DNA from: Tubulanus polymorphus
Lineage: Eukaryota; Animalia; Nemertea
NCBI RefSeq assembly: GCF_964204645.1
Contig: NC_134035.1
Location: forward strand, 6,076,001-6,140,000
DNA: 64,000 nucleotides
Direction of reading: 5' to 3'
In this document: positions 26,696 through 39,600 of the stretch, in pieces
Numbering within the stretch: the first letter of the stretch is position 1
Layout: each line of letters starts with the position of its first letter
Program-made: the position numbers and the translations under genes
The notes under the pieces: generated by a model
What the model was told of the DNA's origin: nothing
Databases searched by the model: none
Seen by the model: the letters and a program-made list of their open reading frames with translations, nothing else

Positions 26696-29600
26696 ATGGA
26701 GTTTAAAGTATGGGTAGATGGAATCCAGCGTGTTGTTTGCGGAGTCACCGATGACACGACGTGTCAGGATATAATATTCGCGTTGGCCCACGCTACCGGA
26801 AAAATTGGCCGATTCTCGCTGCAAGAAAAATGGCGTGACAACGAACGGTTGCTCGTTCCATCGGAGCATCCGTTGATAACGCTGCGGAAATGGGGAGAAT
26901 ACGGCTCGGAGGTGCAGTTCGTTCTGCGTCATTCGGATAAGAACTCCAACGATCCGTCGAAGACTGCATCGCAACAAACCCCTCAAAAAACGGCGACATT
27001 TCCACGAAAGGGGGACAAGTCGAATTCGTGCCCGTCATCGTCGGGGGCGACAGCCGGGGGTTTGCCCGTTACGAATAATCTGAAGAAGTCGTTATCGTTT
27101 AGCGGAGTTCACGGAGCTCCCGGGTTTCAGCGTAAAGACGAACGATCATCGTCGCGTAAACACGGTACGTTAGATACGGTCGCCGAATACAGCGGTAGTA
27201 AACACCGGACTCATCGAGCTGGATCAGCTGAAACGACCACTCGGACAGAGCGCGATCCGCGACGACGAGAAACGACGTCGGCCAGTCCGGAACGATTGAA
27301 GCCTCGTTCCGGGAAGAAATCGCCTCATTGCGACAGCATCGATCGTAAACACTCCTCTAGTCTGCGTGACGACCGCGCGAAACGCGATCGATCTAGTCTG
27401 AAATTCTCGTTGATCCATCCGATTCCGAGTCCGCGAGCCGACAAATCGTTATCGCTGTCAACCGCCACGCTCGATCAGTCCGCGGCTGAGGCCACTAATT
27501 TACCGGATGTCGTCGCTAAGGGCGGTTACGATAAGAATGAATTTGAACAGCAAATTCTCGAGCAGGGCACATACGAAGATTTAGACAAATTAGTCGAACT
27601 TCAGGTAGAAAGATTAAAACTGCAAGTTTCACAAATGAGAATTATCGATTCAGGTAAGAATAAGTCACTAACATTGAGGGTGATGGCACGGTATAGACAG
27701 CAGATTGTTTGAGGGGGATGGCAGGGTATAGACAGCAGATCGTTCGAGGGGGATGGCAGGGTATAGACAGCAGATTGTTTGAAGGGGGATGGCACGGTAT
27801 AGACAGCAGATTGTTTGAAGGGGGATGGCACGGTATAGACAGCAGATTGTTTGAGGGGGATGGCAGGGTATAGACAGCAGATTGTTTGAAGGGGGATGGC
27901 ACGGTATAGACAGCAGATCGTTCGAGGGGGATGGCAGGGTATAGACAGCAGATTGCTTGAGGGGGATGGCAGGGTATAGACAGCAGATTGTTTGAGGGGG
28001 ATGGCAGGGTATAGACAGCAGATTGTTTGAGGGGGATGGCAGGGTATAGACAGCAGATTGTTTGAAGGGGGATGGCAGGGTATAGACAGCAGATTGTTTG
28101 AGGGGGATGGCAGGGTATAGACAGCAGATTGTTTGAAGGGGGATGGCAGGGTATAGACAGCAGATTGTTTGAAGGGGATGGCAGGGTATAGACAGCAGAT
28201 TGTTTGAAGGGGGATGGCAGGGTATAGACAGCTGATTGTACGAGGGGGATGACAGGGTATAGACAGCAGATTGTTTGAAGGGGGATGGCACGGTATAGAC
28301 AGCAGATTGTTTGAAGGGGATGGCACGGTATAGACAGCAGATTGTTTGAAGGGGGATGGCAGGTTATAGACAGCAGATTGTTTAAATCATATGAAAAAAG
28401 TTCACCTCACCCTGAAAAACATGTCTCGAATTTCAATCAGTTGTTCAGTGAAACATAGGCCTAATTTGAAAGAAACACCTGGGCTAGTTCCGTTTCATCT
28501 AGTCAACGTAACTATTAACTAGAATATTGAAGGCAATATTTTCTTAAGTCGTCCGAGATATGTGTTTGTAAATTTCCTAACGTTTTTCAGAGATAAACTT
28601 TTGGGAAGAGAAGGAGACAGAGGCGTCCCAGTTGACCGGTGAGATCAGCGCGGAGATCGTTGAAATGGAAGAAAAACTACAACGGCTCAACGTTGAGCAA
28701 TCTGAACTGTCGCCGGTGTCCGACGATTTGAAAACCGAGGAGTTAAAAACGAACGAAGTCGAATCGGTCGTTCGGTCGTACGAGATAAAAATACGTGACT
28801 GTGATAAAAACCTAGCCGACCGCGTGAAAGAAGCCACCGGTTTAGAGAACGATATCGAACGGGAACGAGAAGCGTTTAAACGGTTACGCGAACGCGAGCT
28901 CGTCGAGTTAGAACGTCAACTACGTATCGTAGACGCCGAAATGAAAACTAAAATGGACGAATATAAATCTGAACGCGATTCGTTGGACGACGTGGAAACC
29001 GAGGTTCGACTGTTGGACGCGAATCTCGTGTTAAAAAAGAAAACACTCCACAATGTCGAGAAGGAGTTGAAAAAGCTGAATTTAAATTCGTTCGTTCGTC
29101 CGTGCGTTGACGATATCATAGGTAATTAACTTTCGCTGCATCTATTCTACATTTTCTGCCCCTCGTAAATTTGTAAAAATTGAGCCCCTCGTAAATTTGT
29201 AAAAATTGATGTCTGTTTTTATTTGAAACTAGTTAAGATGTTTGATGCAGTTATCAGTCTGCGCTGTCACCTGATCTTATAACATCCAACTTGATAGCGA
29301 AATTTCACTATATTTGATTTCTTTTCAATTACATGATATTTTGCCATTCGTTTGTAACGTGATCTTCAGAGTCAAGTTGCTGAAAAGTTGGTTAAAGATA
29401 ACCGGCGGATAAATACCATAGTAACGATGAACTTTTGATATGTCACTATGTCAACTATCCACTGGTTAACTGTAACCAACTTCTAAGCAACTGGTCCCAG
29501 CTTTTTCACTCCTATTTGTTGGTTTTGGCCCACATGGGCATCTCCCCAGTGAGCTGTTGCGTTCACTTTTCCTCTGTAGCGGAATCAAAAGTTATTTTGA

Positions 29601-29968
29601 GAAGTTTTCAACACACTTTGATGTCTTAATGTCTTGTATAGGTTTAGTATACATTTATCTTCTCAAGGTTGCAAAGTTGTAGCTCATTACATGCTCTGCG
29701 ATTGTCTGCGATCTGAAACTATCAGATTGTCAAGTATTTCAAAGATTGGTTCCTCGACTCTTAGTTTTCAACTTAATCCTCAATTCAGTTGTCTATAGTT
29801 TTATTGCGTATTTATTTATTCATATATTTTGTTGTTTTATTTTATGTTTTTCTAGATGAGAAAAGTTCGACGTCTCAGCGTCCCGGCTCCGGGCGAAAAC
29901 TTGCCAACCCGCAAAGTCTCGTTGAAGCTGTCCCCACTTCAAAAAACCCGCACGGAATGTGGGTTTGA
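26696..29968 (+). CDS. RASSF8: N-terminal Ras-association domain protein, RASSF7/RASSF8-like (533 aa)
   Basis: Exons 26696-27653, 28591-29121, 29856-29968 (1602 nt, in frame, GT-AG). N-terminal RA domain [67 protein letters not shown], a coiled-coil second exon (..[12 protein letters not shown]), and C-terminus [15 protein letters not shown] resembling the RASSF7/8 terminal motif. Probably a co-ortholog of vertebrate RASSF7 and RASSF8. Confidence 0.92.
27677..28382. repeat. 35-36-bp G-rich minisatellite (~20 copies) in RASSF intron
   Basis: (GGGGGATGGCAGGGTATAGACAGCAGATTGTTTGA[A])n; it explains the three spurious minus-strand ORFs 27601-28326, 27642-27902 and 27668-28291. Confidence 0.95.
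29370..29498. mobile_element. Palindromic MITE, family B, in RASSF intron
   Basis: AGTTGCTGAAAAGTTGGTTA ... TAACCAACTTCTAAGCAACT inverted arms. Confidence 0.65.
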
Positions 29969-31499
29969 TAAAACGATTCTGTACAATTCAACAGCCAAAA
30001 CTAGCGCCTAGCACTTCGTGGATTCATCCGTGAAATAATGATTGAATTTACAGTTCCGTTATAACCCTAGATTATTTCTACAAAGAAAAATGGGGCGCTT
30101 TAACTAATTGGCTATGTAAAGAACGGTATTTTGATAGAAATCGAGTTAGATTTGTCGTACTTGTTCTCAAAAATATGTTAGTGCTACACGAGCTTGCGCT
30201 GGTGTTAGAAAAAAGGATGGTGTTTGTAGCCGAGTTCGAATGTACAAGTGAATGAAATTTTAAAAACTTCTGTCTATGTCAACCATTTTTAGATAATGTC
30301 AAATTTATAGGTATCATCAGTATGATTTACCGATAGAAACCAGATTAACATTTGAATTATGAATTATTTTAAAGAAAGCATTTTATTTATTTATTTATTA
30401 AGATATATTTATTTTATTCCGTAATGTTACGTAGTAATCGTAGCCTGAATTGATGTAGTGCTTAGAGATTGTTAATTAGTTTCTGCGAGTGAGGTTGAAA
30501 TGTTGAAATCTCTTCATCTGTTCACCTGCTGTTCCTGATTTTCAGTATTTTGTCACTATTTTATCGCGATTTGATTTGTTCGATGTGAACAGAAATGTGA
30601 ATGATATTACAGAGGGTTTTACCCCCTTGATGACTGATTAATTTGAACATTTTCATTCATATTTCGATGAAATTTTCGCGAAGAAAACTCAATTTGTCAC
30701 CGATAACACTTCAGAGGTTGGCAGCCCTCAGCTGTAATCTTCAAGTGCTGTATATATTTTTTAGAACCCCGTGATGTAAAAGACAGCTTTCCCGGAATTG
30801 TTGTTGGCACCGTAACATTTTCAAATTAGTAAATTGTAACTGAGATTTCGAACTGGTGAAGTGGAAAGATGAACTAAACTTCACTAATCACCGAGGTGCC
30901 GCCCGTACGCATCACACGCAATCAATTTCCTTCCGTCCGTCCAAATCAGCAAGCATTCTAACAATGTTTCAATAACAAACAGTTCATTAAATAGACAGGA
31001 TACAGTTTCACTTCTCCACATTTCCGATTCATTCAGTTTTTCGTTCTGTGTTTTTGTTACATGTTAGTGAAGTCGTGCAGATAAGGCTAGGTTCATGTTA
31101 TCGTTGAAAAAATAAACCGAGAAACATGTTCGGATTTAAATCGCGCTCAATATTATTGTTTAAATAATGTTGATATCTATGTTTGATGATTTCGATAGAA
31201 TTAATTCGATGAAATACACAAGTGAATATGTGATAAATTCTACAGATCTGGCGAAATATCCAACCACCAGCAAACCCTACTCGTCAGGTAGGTATATGAC
31301 GCAGTAGCTTGAAAATACGAGCTCAAGTTAGTTATGTCTAAACTTGGTAAGAAGTCTAATAGACTAGTCCACAAATAAAATGTGTAAACTAATCGAAATT
31401 GTATTGTCAATGGTTTAGATATTATTTATTGATTCTATTGTTTACTGTGTCTAGTGTATACCTGTAACAGTTTAGTGTCAAATATCTGTGAACTATTAT

Positions 31500-31610
31500 G
31501 CGACCTCACGTAGTGTCCTCATACTAGTGAGTCAGTGAGTGTGTGACCTCACGTAGGGTCCTCATACTAGTGAGACGATGAGTATGTGACCTCGCGTAGT
31601 GTCCTCCTCT
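31500..31610. repeat. ~43-bp tandem repeat (2.5 copies) in RASSF 3' region
   Basis: GACCTCACGTAGTGTCCTCATACTAGTGAG repeated. Confidence 0.75.
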
Positions 31611-32594
31611 CGCTAGTGTATATACGTCTATGAGTTGTCTATGCAGTTCTACGTCAGTGTGATAAAGGTGTCTAAATCAGCCAAACCGATTGTTGTTATT
31701 CTCTCTAAAATATGCAAGTGTTTTAAAAAGATGTAGTTTCATTAAATATGATTGTAATGTTTTAATGAATTAAGGAATGTTTACTGTTCAAATCGTCTTA
31801 TAACCGATACAAAGTTCTGCTTCCTCAGTTACTGATTATATAACATAGCAAGATTATTAAATAACATTTTATGAAGTGTATTATGGCTTTATATAGAATG
31901 TGTGTTTATCGTAAGCAGGATCCAGTTGCGCAGTCCTGAACAACGTCGGTCCTAAACGGTCTGGTGGACTGGTCTTGAAAATTAGTCGTTATTGTTTTTA
32001 TAGAAAAGGTACATTGATATCGACATTATCATCAGAGTCACTTACTATCAATCTAATGTCTATTTCGTTTTGAATGCACGGATCAGCCGCGTGCAATTAC
32101 TCAAACCTGAAATAGATCTTCGAATGACCATAATCAACACCGGACAGGTGACGTAATAACGTCGTTTACTACGGGTATGGGGAAACATATTGTTAAACTT
32201 TATTTAATTTTGTGCGTGAATAACTCGATTCTCTGATTCACCTTCAGGAAAAAGTAGTAAGACTTTGGCAATTTTTGAAAATTTATGGTTCAGTACAGCT
32301 TCCCGTCCATTCAGCCAAGACGAGCCAAATTGAGTTATATGATATATGTATCGTGTACGTTATATCTGAAGTTGTGTATCCTCAATATAGGCTGACTTGT
32401 AATAATTATAGACATTACACATAAATGAATGAAATGTTGCATCCTTCCTCGCATTTGAAATGAAATAGACATTACCAGTTGTAAGTTGGATGCATTAGTG
32501 AAATTGTAAAATTGTAAATTGAAACTTTGAATTGAAGTAATGACCGTAAAACTGTAGGTTGCCGATGATATATGTTATGTTAGTACGTCCCGAT

Positions 32595-32680
32595 CCTCCT
32601 CGTCCTCCTCGTCCTCGTCCTCCTCCTCCTCGTCCTCCTCCTCCTCCTCCTCCTCCTCCTCCTCCTCCTCCTCCTCCTCC
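32595..32680. repeat. (CCT)n microsatellite
   Basis: Pure CCT run with a few CGT interruptions; it explains the poly-Pro and poly-Gly ORFs. Confidence 0.95.
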
Positions 32681-34211
32681 GATCATCTGCAAGCATTATT
32701 TTTCTATATCTTCAGAATTTTATATCGCCCCACACGTGAGATTTTCAGAGAATTACTTATGCAACAGTCTCAAAGCCGCTTAATTCCGATCATTTGAACC
32801 CAGATTTTGATCATCTAGATACCATTTCTGGTCTGGTCTTTCTATACCGTACATAAAAAAAACTTTTAGTCATTGTTCTTCTTGAATTTCATTAATGTTC
32901 CTTAATGTTCTGAATTAAGCGGGTTTGACTGGATTTTTTTCTCAATGAATTGAATATGTATCCCTTCCACAAAAAGAAAATTCTAACTAAAATGTAATGA
33001 ATTCGATTTGTTGACAAAATGTATTTACGTTATATTAAAACACACATGTTCGATTATTCGTGAAATTTTCAGTAGACTGGATGCTTGCCACGGAGTTGAT
33101 GCGTCGGATTATCGTTTTTCCGGACTAAATGTTTCTACTCCGATCGATACAATGATGACACATTGTTGGCCGAGCGAAAAAATTACTATTGTCGCGCGGG
33201 AGCCGAGGCAAGCAGGGTCAAGTCTACTCATTAACTCACAGCTTTATAACATTTATTGAGCGCATTTTGTTAATCAAAATGTGCGGGTTTAAAGTGACGC
33301 ATTTAATCGTACAGTATACTGCGCTCAATTCAGTTCAACTCAGATATTTGTACAAGGATTTGGATGATAATATCGAGTCGAACAGTTTCTACAGTCCAGA
33401 GACTTCCTGAGCGGAGTTTCCTGAACATCTGTTTTACATCAATGTTTAAACAGCTACCCATATATCAGTGATACCCGATTTTATATAAATTCACAAGTGC
33501 AGAATTCGTATTTGAATAAAACGGTAATCAAAACTTTTTTAGTATTTCCATTTATGGAGTTGGAAGGTATCTGTCGGGCTTCACTTCCAGGCCTTACTCC
33601 CAGGCTTCAACGTCGAAACATAATCCCACAGCAATCTATCACGATTGGGTTGTTGGGAATGGAATTGGGAATAATATCTTGTTGAGAGACGAGAGACTGG
33701 TCAAAATGCGGCATTCAATGCAAAACCTATAAAATAAACACTTGAATTTTGATACCAATGGCACGGTGCATCAGGAGTCTCGTGGTTCGTCAAAGCATTT
33801 CCAGCATCATTATTATTGGCAAAATCTGAATTAATTCAATTTCATGCAATATTATATCATCGTCCAATATCTACAAAATTAAGACTGGATTTTATGTAGC
33901 GTTTTACTGAGTGAGAGAGACACTAATATCAACACAATCGTCCTGATCAAATTTCTTGTCTGTGAAACAGGAACTAAGATGTACGTAATACACTTCGATA
34001 CTTACGATTCGTCATCCCATTTATACCGTACTTACACAGACACCGATCATTGGGTCTCGGACAGACAGTGAGAGTGCGTGTGACCCCTGCGCTGTATCTT
34101 CAGCATATATCCGACTGATAACACATTTAATCCAACACAAAATGACGACATATTAATTTTTTCACACATTTAAATCCTTATCGCCGTAATGATGGCATAT
34201 CGTGGATAGTA

Positions 34212-34294
34212 TGCCCTTCAACTGTCACTGTCACACGCACAAGATTAATTATTTCTTATCCTTTGTGCAGTGTCACAGTGATCATAATTAGGCA
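34212..34294 (-). ncRNA. mir-210: microRNA precursor mir-210 (mature 3p arm ~34243-34221)
   Basis: The reverse complement of 34221-34243 is CUUGUGCGUGUGACAGUGACAGU, carrying the conserved miR-210 core UGUGCGUGUGACAG. The 5p arm UGAUCACUGUGACACUGCACAAAG (34284-34261) pairs with it across an ~17-nt AU-rich loop, and UGCCU/GGGCA forms a basal stem. Confidence 0.93.
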
Positions 34295-34687
34295 CGTGAC
34301 ACCGAAAACAATAAATCCATCCTATATGAGATAGAGCTCATCTTCTGATCGGTCGTGCGGTTTGGTGAACTGGTTCTGATATGTCCGTTCTAGATTCAAA
34401 CTTCATCGCTGAAAAAAACTCAAAAAAGTTTTTTAATTTCAACAAACCAATTGGCTGAATTAAAATAGATGAATCATCGATTGATGTAGCTGTTTGTTTA
34501 CTGCAAATAATAAAATGATTAGTTAAACATTTGATAGAATCGGATTCTACGTTAATTTCAACAAAGCGAGAAAAAACATCTAATAAAAAGTTCCATAAAC
34601 CCATTTTCAATATTACATCAACTCCAAAATAGATTTTTCGCCCCAACTATACAAGTTGATTTTTTTAAAGGAAAACCTAGAATATCT

Positions 34688-34702
34688 ATAATAATGATAA
34701 TA

Positions 34703-34737
<35 letters not shown>

Positions 34738-34767
34738 TAATAATAATAATAATAATAAGAAGAAGAA
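34688..34767. repeat. (AAT)n/(AAG)n microsatellite
   Basis: Direct observation. Confidence 0.9.
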
Positions 34768-36554
34768 TCTAAACTCGAAATGGTTTAAAAATTAAGTATG
34801 ATTTATGTTTTATTCGTCGTCACAACAGAATTAGACTTTAATCAAGTTAATGAAACAAAGATCACAGATAAATATTTATGAATTAAAAACAGACCCAACG
34901 GAATAATCCAATAACAGGTTAGTCCAGAAACCAAGATCCAAACGACAAACAAACGCCATTCAACACCATTTTACACACACATTCGACAAAATCTTCACGA
35001 TAAATTCCTCATTCCTTATTAGATGTAATCCTATAGTTGACTTCAATACGGCCATCAATACCTGAATTACCAAATTCCGCCGACCTGCAGGAAACAACCG
35101 TGTGAATGAATGAATGATGTATCAGATCTGCTGCAACTATTAACACATCCGACATCAAGCATTTTCCAGCTGATTAGTTACCCCTTAACCTTTACTGCGC
35201 GATATCTTTTACTTACCACGCGAAGAAACTTCTACCACCATGGCCCAGTAGTTGCTCTCAGAGACGCCCGCCCACGCTCGCCATTTCTCGATGCTTAATC
35301 ACCATGCGTTTCGATAGAAAGCTTTGACCTACAATTATTCGTCGAAATATTACCGATGAACTTCGCATTCACTGGTTTTTAAAATCAGACGGAGTCAGTG
35401 AGTTTGGACGCAAAATAAATATCTGAAATTCGAGATTGCAGCCTCGTGTAGCAGGTCAGTGTTATCGCTAGTTCGCTTACTTCAGAGGGCAGAATAGCAA
35501 TTCAATCTGAACAGTTTTTAGGCCCCTGCCCACATGAATAGTAGTAAGCTATTAGTCTCGTATCTCATTCTACTGGCGAATATCTTATATATGATTTCGC
35601 GTAAAGCTGTTTATTTGAAATTCCAATCTAAAAAAAAATGTTTCACGATATTTTGGAAAGAGCATAACATTTGGAAAAATACAGAAGACATATTAAGTCT
35701 TTTTATAAAGTATACGTAAAGTAAATGCTCTTGAAGCGACCCTGTATTCCTGCGATCCGAATTTTGCCATTTTGTGATCATTTTGGCTAGAACCAAAAGT
35801 GTTTTACAGTCCTAGCGGGTTTAGACGAAGTTGGTTGTAAACGTTGATCTGAGCCGATTCGTCCTCGGGATTAGCCCGGTGCGTACGGCATTGTACCATA
35901 CTAGAAAACAAACAAAAAACATGTTTTTCTTATGTTAACTCGTTGAATTTGTTTTTAGTTTCATCTCATACCGGGATCTGTGCACGTGTGCATCGTCAGG
36001 CTTTGCGTCGTGCGGAGATTCAACGATAAACGTCTAGAAATTCAAGATCACAAATTCTGAAACTACTTCACGCGTAAGATATGATGATTTATGTATATTT
36101 CAGTGTTAGCACTTGTGATCAGACAATCTCCAAGTGTTATCCGGTACATTACTACTATCTACCTGCCTACGTCAGACGATCAGGTATTTCAGATATTCGG
36201 CCTTTAAGGCAGTTAGATAAACAACACGCAGTCCCGAATGATTCCTGACGAATTTTACTACTAATGTGTGTATGTGGGGCGGCCCGGAGTGGGTATTACT
36301 TGGAAAACTCAACTGATCCAGACAACCAAACAAACACGAGGATATCAAACTCTAGACAACAATGGAATACATGTATAACATATATAAGTATTTCCACAGT
36401 GAGTGAGTAGCTGGGGTATTTTATTGTTTTCTTTGCCTAGTAAAATGTTTGTGGGGGCAGCAGCGCAGTATAGTAGTGATAAGATTGTTGCGCAAATGTT
36501 CTATAGCTTTCAGCGTTTGTTTTGGCAGCTCGAAAAGTATCAATGGCACTTAAT

Positions 36555-36672
36555 CGGCACTAGCCCGGGTGCACATCAAAGCACTATAGCCCGGCACTAT
36601 AGCCCGTGATACTAGCTCTGCACTAGTCCGAGACACAGCCCGGCATTAGCCCGGCACTAGTCCGACACAAGC
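36555..36672. repeat. Short degenerate tandem repeat
   Basis: Repeated CACTA(TA)GCCCGG units. Confidence 0.7.
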
Positions 36673-39600
36673 TCGGTAGGCTTGCATCTGGAACGCATTA
36701 AATTCGATTGATTACTAAAGATAAATTATGTTATCCGCTATCCATATTTGATAATCCATCAGGTGATTGCAATACATATTTCAAATTCTATTTGAAATCT
36801 ATTCGGAATTGAATAATAACTTTCTGAATCTATGTGTCTCGGTGAAATAGAATAGATTTCATAAGGTCAACGACCGTGGCATCTTTAAATGCCGATTCAG
36901 CGTGCGATTATACTGCGCAGCACCGTTCAGAGATAACCAGTCAATTCAGAGACACCTTTTTATGGTCCGTGTTGGAGATAACTGTCTTTGTGTATTACGA
37001 ATATTTTGTCCAATAATTCCCATTATGTAATGCCAGTTTCTAGCTATTATTGTTGATATTTAGTTACAGGTATCACGCCAGGTATCTGTTCTCTCGCGCT
37101 CATGTTTGTCACGCTTATGATTTCAAGTTTACATGGTTGACTTTATTTTTGTGGTTTTATGTTTATTTTTATGTTTGTGGCATTTGTCGCCCCTTTTTGG
37201 TTAGGTAAATATCTCACGAGTGCTCTGAGTAGTCAATTTGTAGCCCTATTTTTCGGATATGAAGTAAATAACAGGAGGTCCTGTTAAAGCGCGTATTACT
37301 TCTCTCGTAGGTTCGCATTAATGTAGTCCCTGCAACAGTCCTAAAACGACCGACTTGAGCGTAGTGTATACTGCAGTAGTTCTGTAATTGCGAATAACTG
37401 TGGAAAAACCTGAAAATGTCGAGAGAAAAAGTTGCACGTAATTGATACACGAAGTGTTAGGCAAGAAATGAAATGTGTAGGTGGGAGGGGAACATGAGGG
37501 GGTGGGAGGAACGAAATGTCAAGTAGCTCTAGCATAGATGGAATTCCTACAGATAATGTCAGAACATCTAAAATACCAGACTATCAAACAAGTAGTAATG
37601 TCTGCCACGGCACTCGGTGGTTCATTTGGGGAAAAAATCAACGAAAGCTTTCCGTAAATTTATTGGTAATTCGCTTTCCAAAAATGTCATCTTTGGTAAC
37701 AAACCACGATATTATGTATCGAAAAAATGAAGCCATCGAACTGAAGTTCTAAAATATTTGCTGAACATTTAAGACTAAAATGAACTGGAGTTTTCGTTCA
37801 TTAGAGAAATTGATATGAACAAGCGATTGGTTGATGACGATTTGGCTGTGTCTGAAATTTGATATGGTTTACGACGAATTACAAACAATTTGAGGAATTT
37901 CAGCAGCCTCGGCCATCAGTTATATACATATATAGTTCAGAAGTGTGGGATTATACATATATGAATTGATTCCTAACTTCAAAAAGTAACTTTTGGCGAC
38001 GTATTAGTTGATATGGCAGGTTTCACGATGACGATCAGCTTCAAAGCCGGTGGTTTAAAGAAAAACATTCAATCAATTATTGTGTGGGACTTATCATCGT
38101 TTTTCTTGTAACTGCAGGCTTTTAGTGTTTCATGAATACCATTCATTAAGTTATGATTCATATTATTTTCTATTCATAGTCATTATCTTTACCTGGATAA
38201 AAAAGACTTTTCTCAAACGGTCGAACGCTCGCGCCGCCAAAAATGTATAGGATGATATCATTCATCCGTTCTATTAGTAGCGGCCATTTTGAAAAATGAC
38301 TGTTGACCTACATATTCATATAAGGGCAAATTAAGAAAACTTGTCATTTTGAAAAAATATCTTAACTCTCAGGATGGAAAGAAGAAATCTGAGAAACGTC
38401 AGAAAAACAGAGTTCGTAGTTAATTATTTCGTCCAGATTGTTGGGTTTTTATAAACAGGCATCAATTCGTTTGGCTTTGCTGATGTTGTTTGTATGGGTT
38501 TGATATAGAATCAACGATGCATATAAACTGCGACAACATCTTTGCTTTGCATTTTCTCTGAATATCGACAGAAAGGGTCAAGGTTTGTCTTCAGGTTATA
38601 TTTGAATATTTTAGGCGACATGTTGTTTTACCCCTGATCATAATGACGTTAATGATTCTCGGTAAAGTGTGACTGATGCTTGGCCTGGATCGATTCCAAA
38701 TTTGTCATTACCCGCCGACTGCCAACAGCGCCAGAAAAACCTTGCGAAATCCTTCCAGAACTCGAACCATTGGCCTGTAAAAAATGTTTAGAAAATACTG
38801 TCATTGCAAAGTATTGTGAAATATTGATTTCAAACTGGAATAACGATGAATTAGATTATCTTTTAAATCAAATATATAAATATATAAGTGTAAAACGATA
38901 GTCAGATAAAAGCTGTAAATTGAAGAGTGATGATGTATTTATTCATGTTCAAAACTTCGATATACGAAAAAAAAAACATATATACGATACAACCCATCAT
39001 ATCTGCAACTCAGGTCATCCAACTCTCTACAATAAAACAGTCGTTTGGAATGAAACTACAAAATTAAGTTTAATGTGTGGGGCACTGGAGAAAATAATGA
39101 CTTACGCTTAGCAAATAGAATTGGAAACATACATTGGGATTCAAAAACAGAGGCTATTCAAATGATACAATGTGATGGCGACTTATTTATATCAAACTGG
39201 TGTTAACGACCTATACGGAAAAATAACCAAAAAGTCACGCATAGCTATACACAACTAGACAGCACCTGTTTTAGGCCACCTACACATTAGATAAAACCAG
39301 GATGTCTCACGTGTAACACGTGTGGGAAGAAAATAGCAAACGCTGTCACATTTTCCACTAAAATTCAAATTTAATTCACAGAAATAATTATCATATTCAT
39401 CATATTATACCGATGAAATTATATTCAGCTCTTTTTAATGATCTGTTTTTTTTTTTAGAAACTTCACATCTCAATTTCAACGACGATTATTCGTTATTAA
39501 GAAGCCATCAAGAATTATGATCAATTGAAAAATGGTAAGTCAAAAAGTGTATGATGTAATCAGACATTCATTTAAAACAGACACGCGTGTAAATAATATC

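Noticed and set aside
27601-28326. Cys-rich repetitive minus-strand ORFs
   Set aside because: Translations of the 35-36-bp intronic minisatellite in all three frames.
32495-32783. Poly-Gly / poly-Pro ORFs
   Set aside because: Produced by the (CCT)n microsatellite.
35009-35368. UGA read-through / selenoprotein or antizyme-like frameshift across the spliced 35.4-35.0 kb exons
   Set aside because: No recognisable protein motif, no SECIS seen, no antizyme UCC-UGA context; better explained as non-coding exons.
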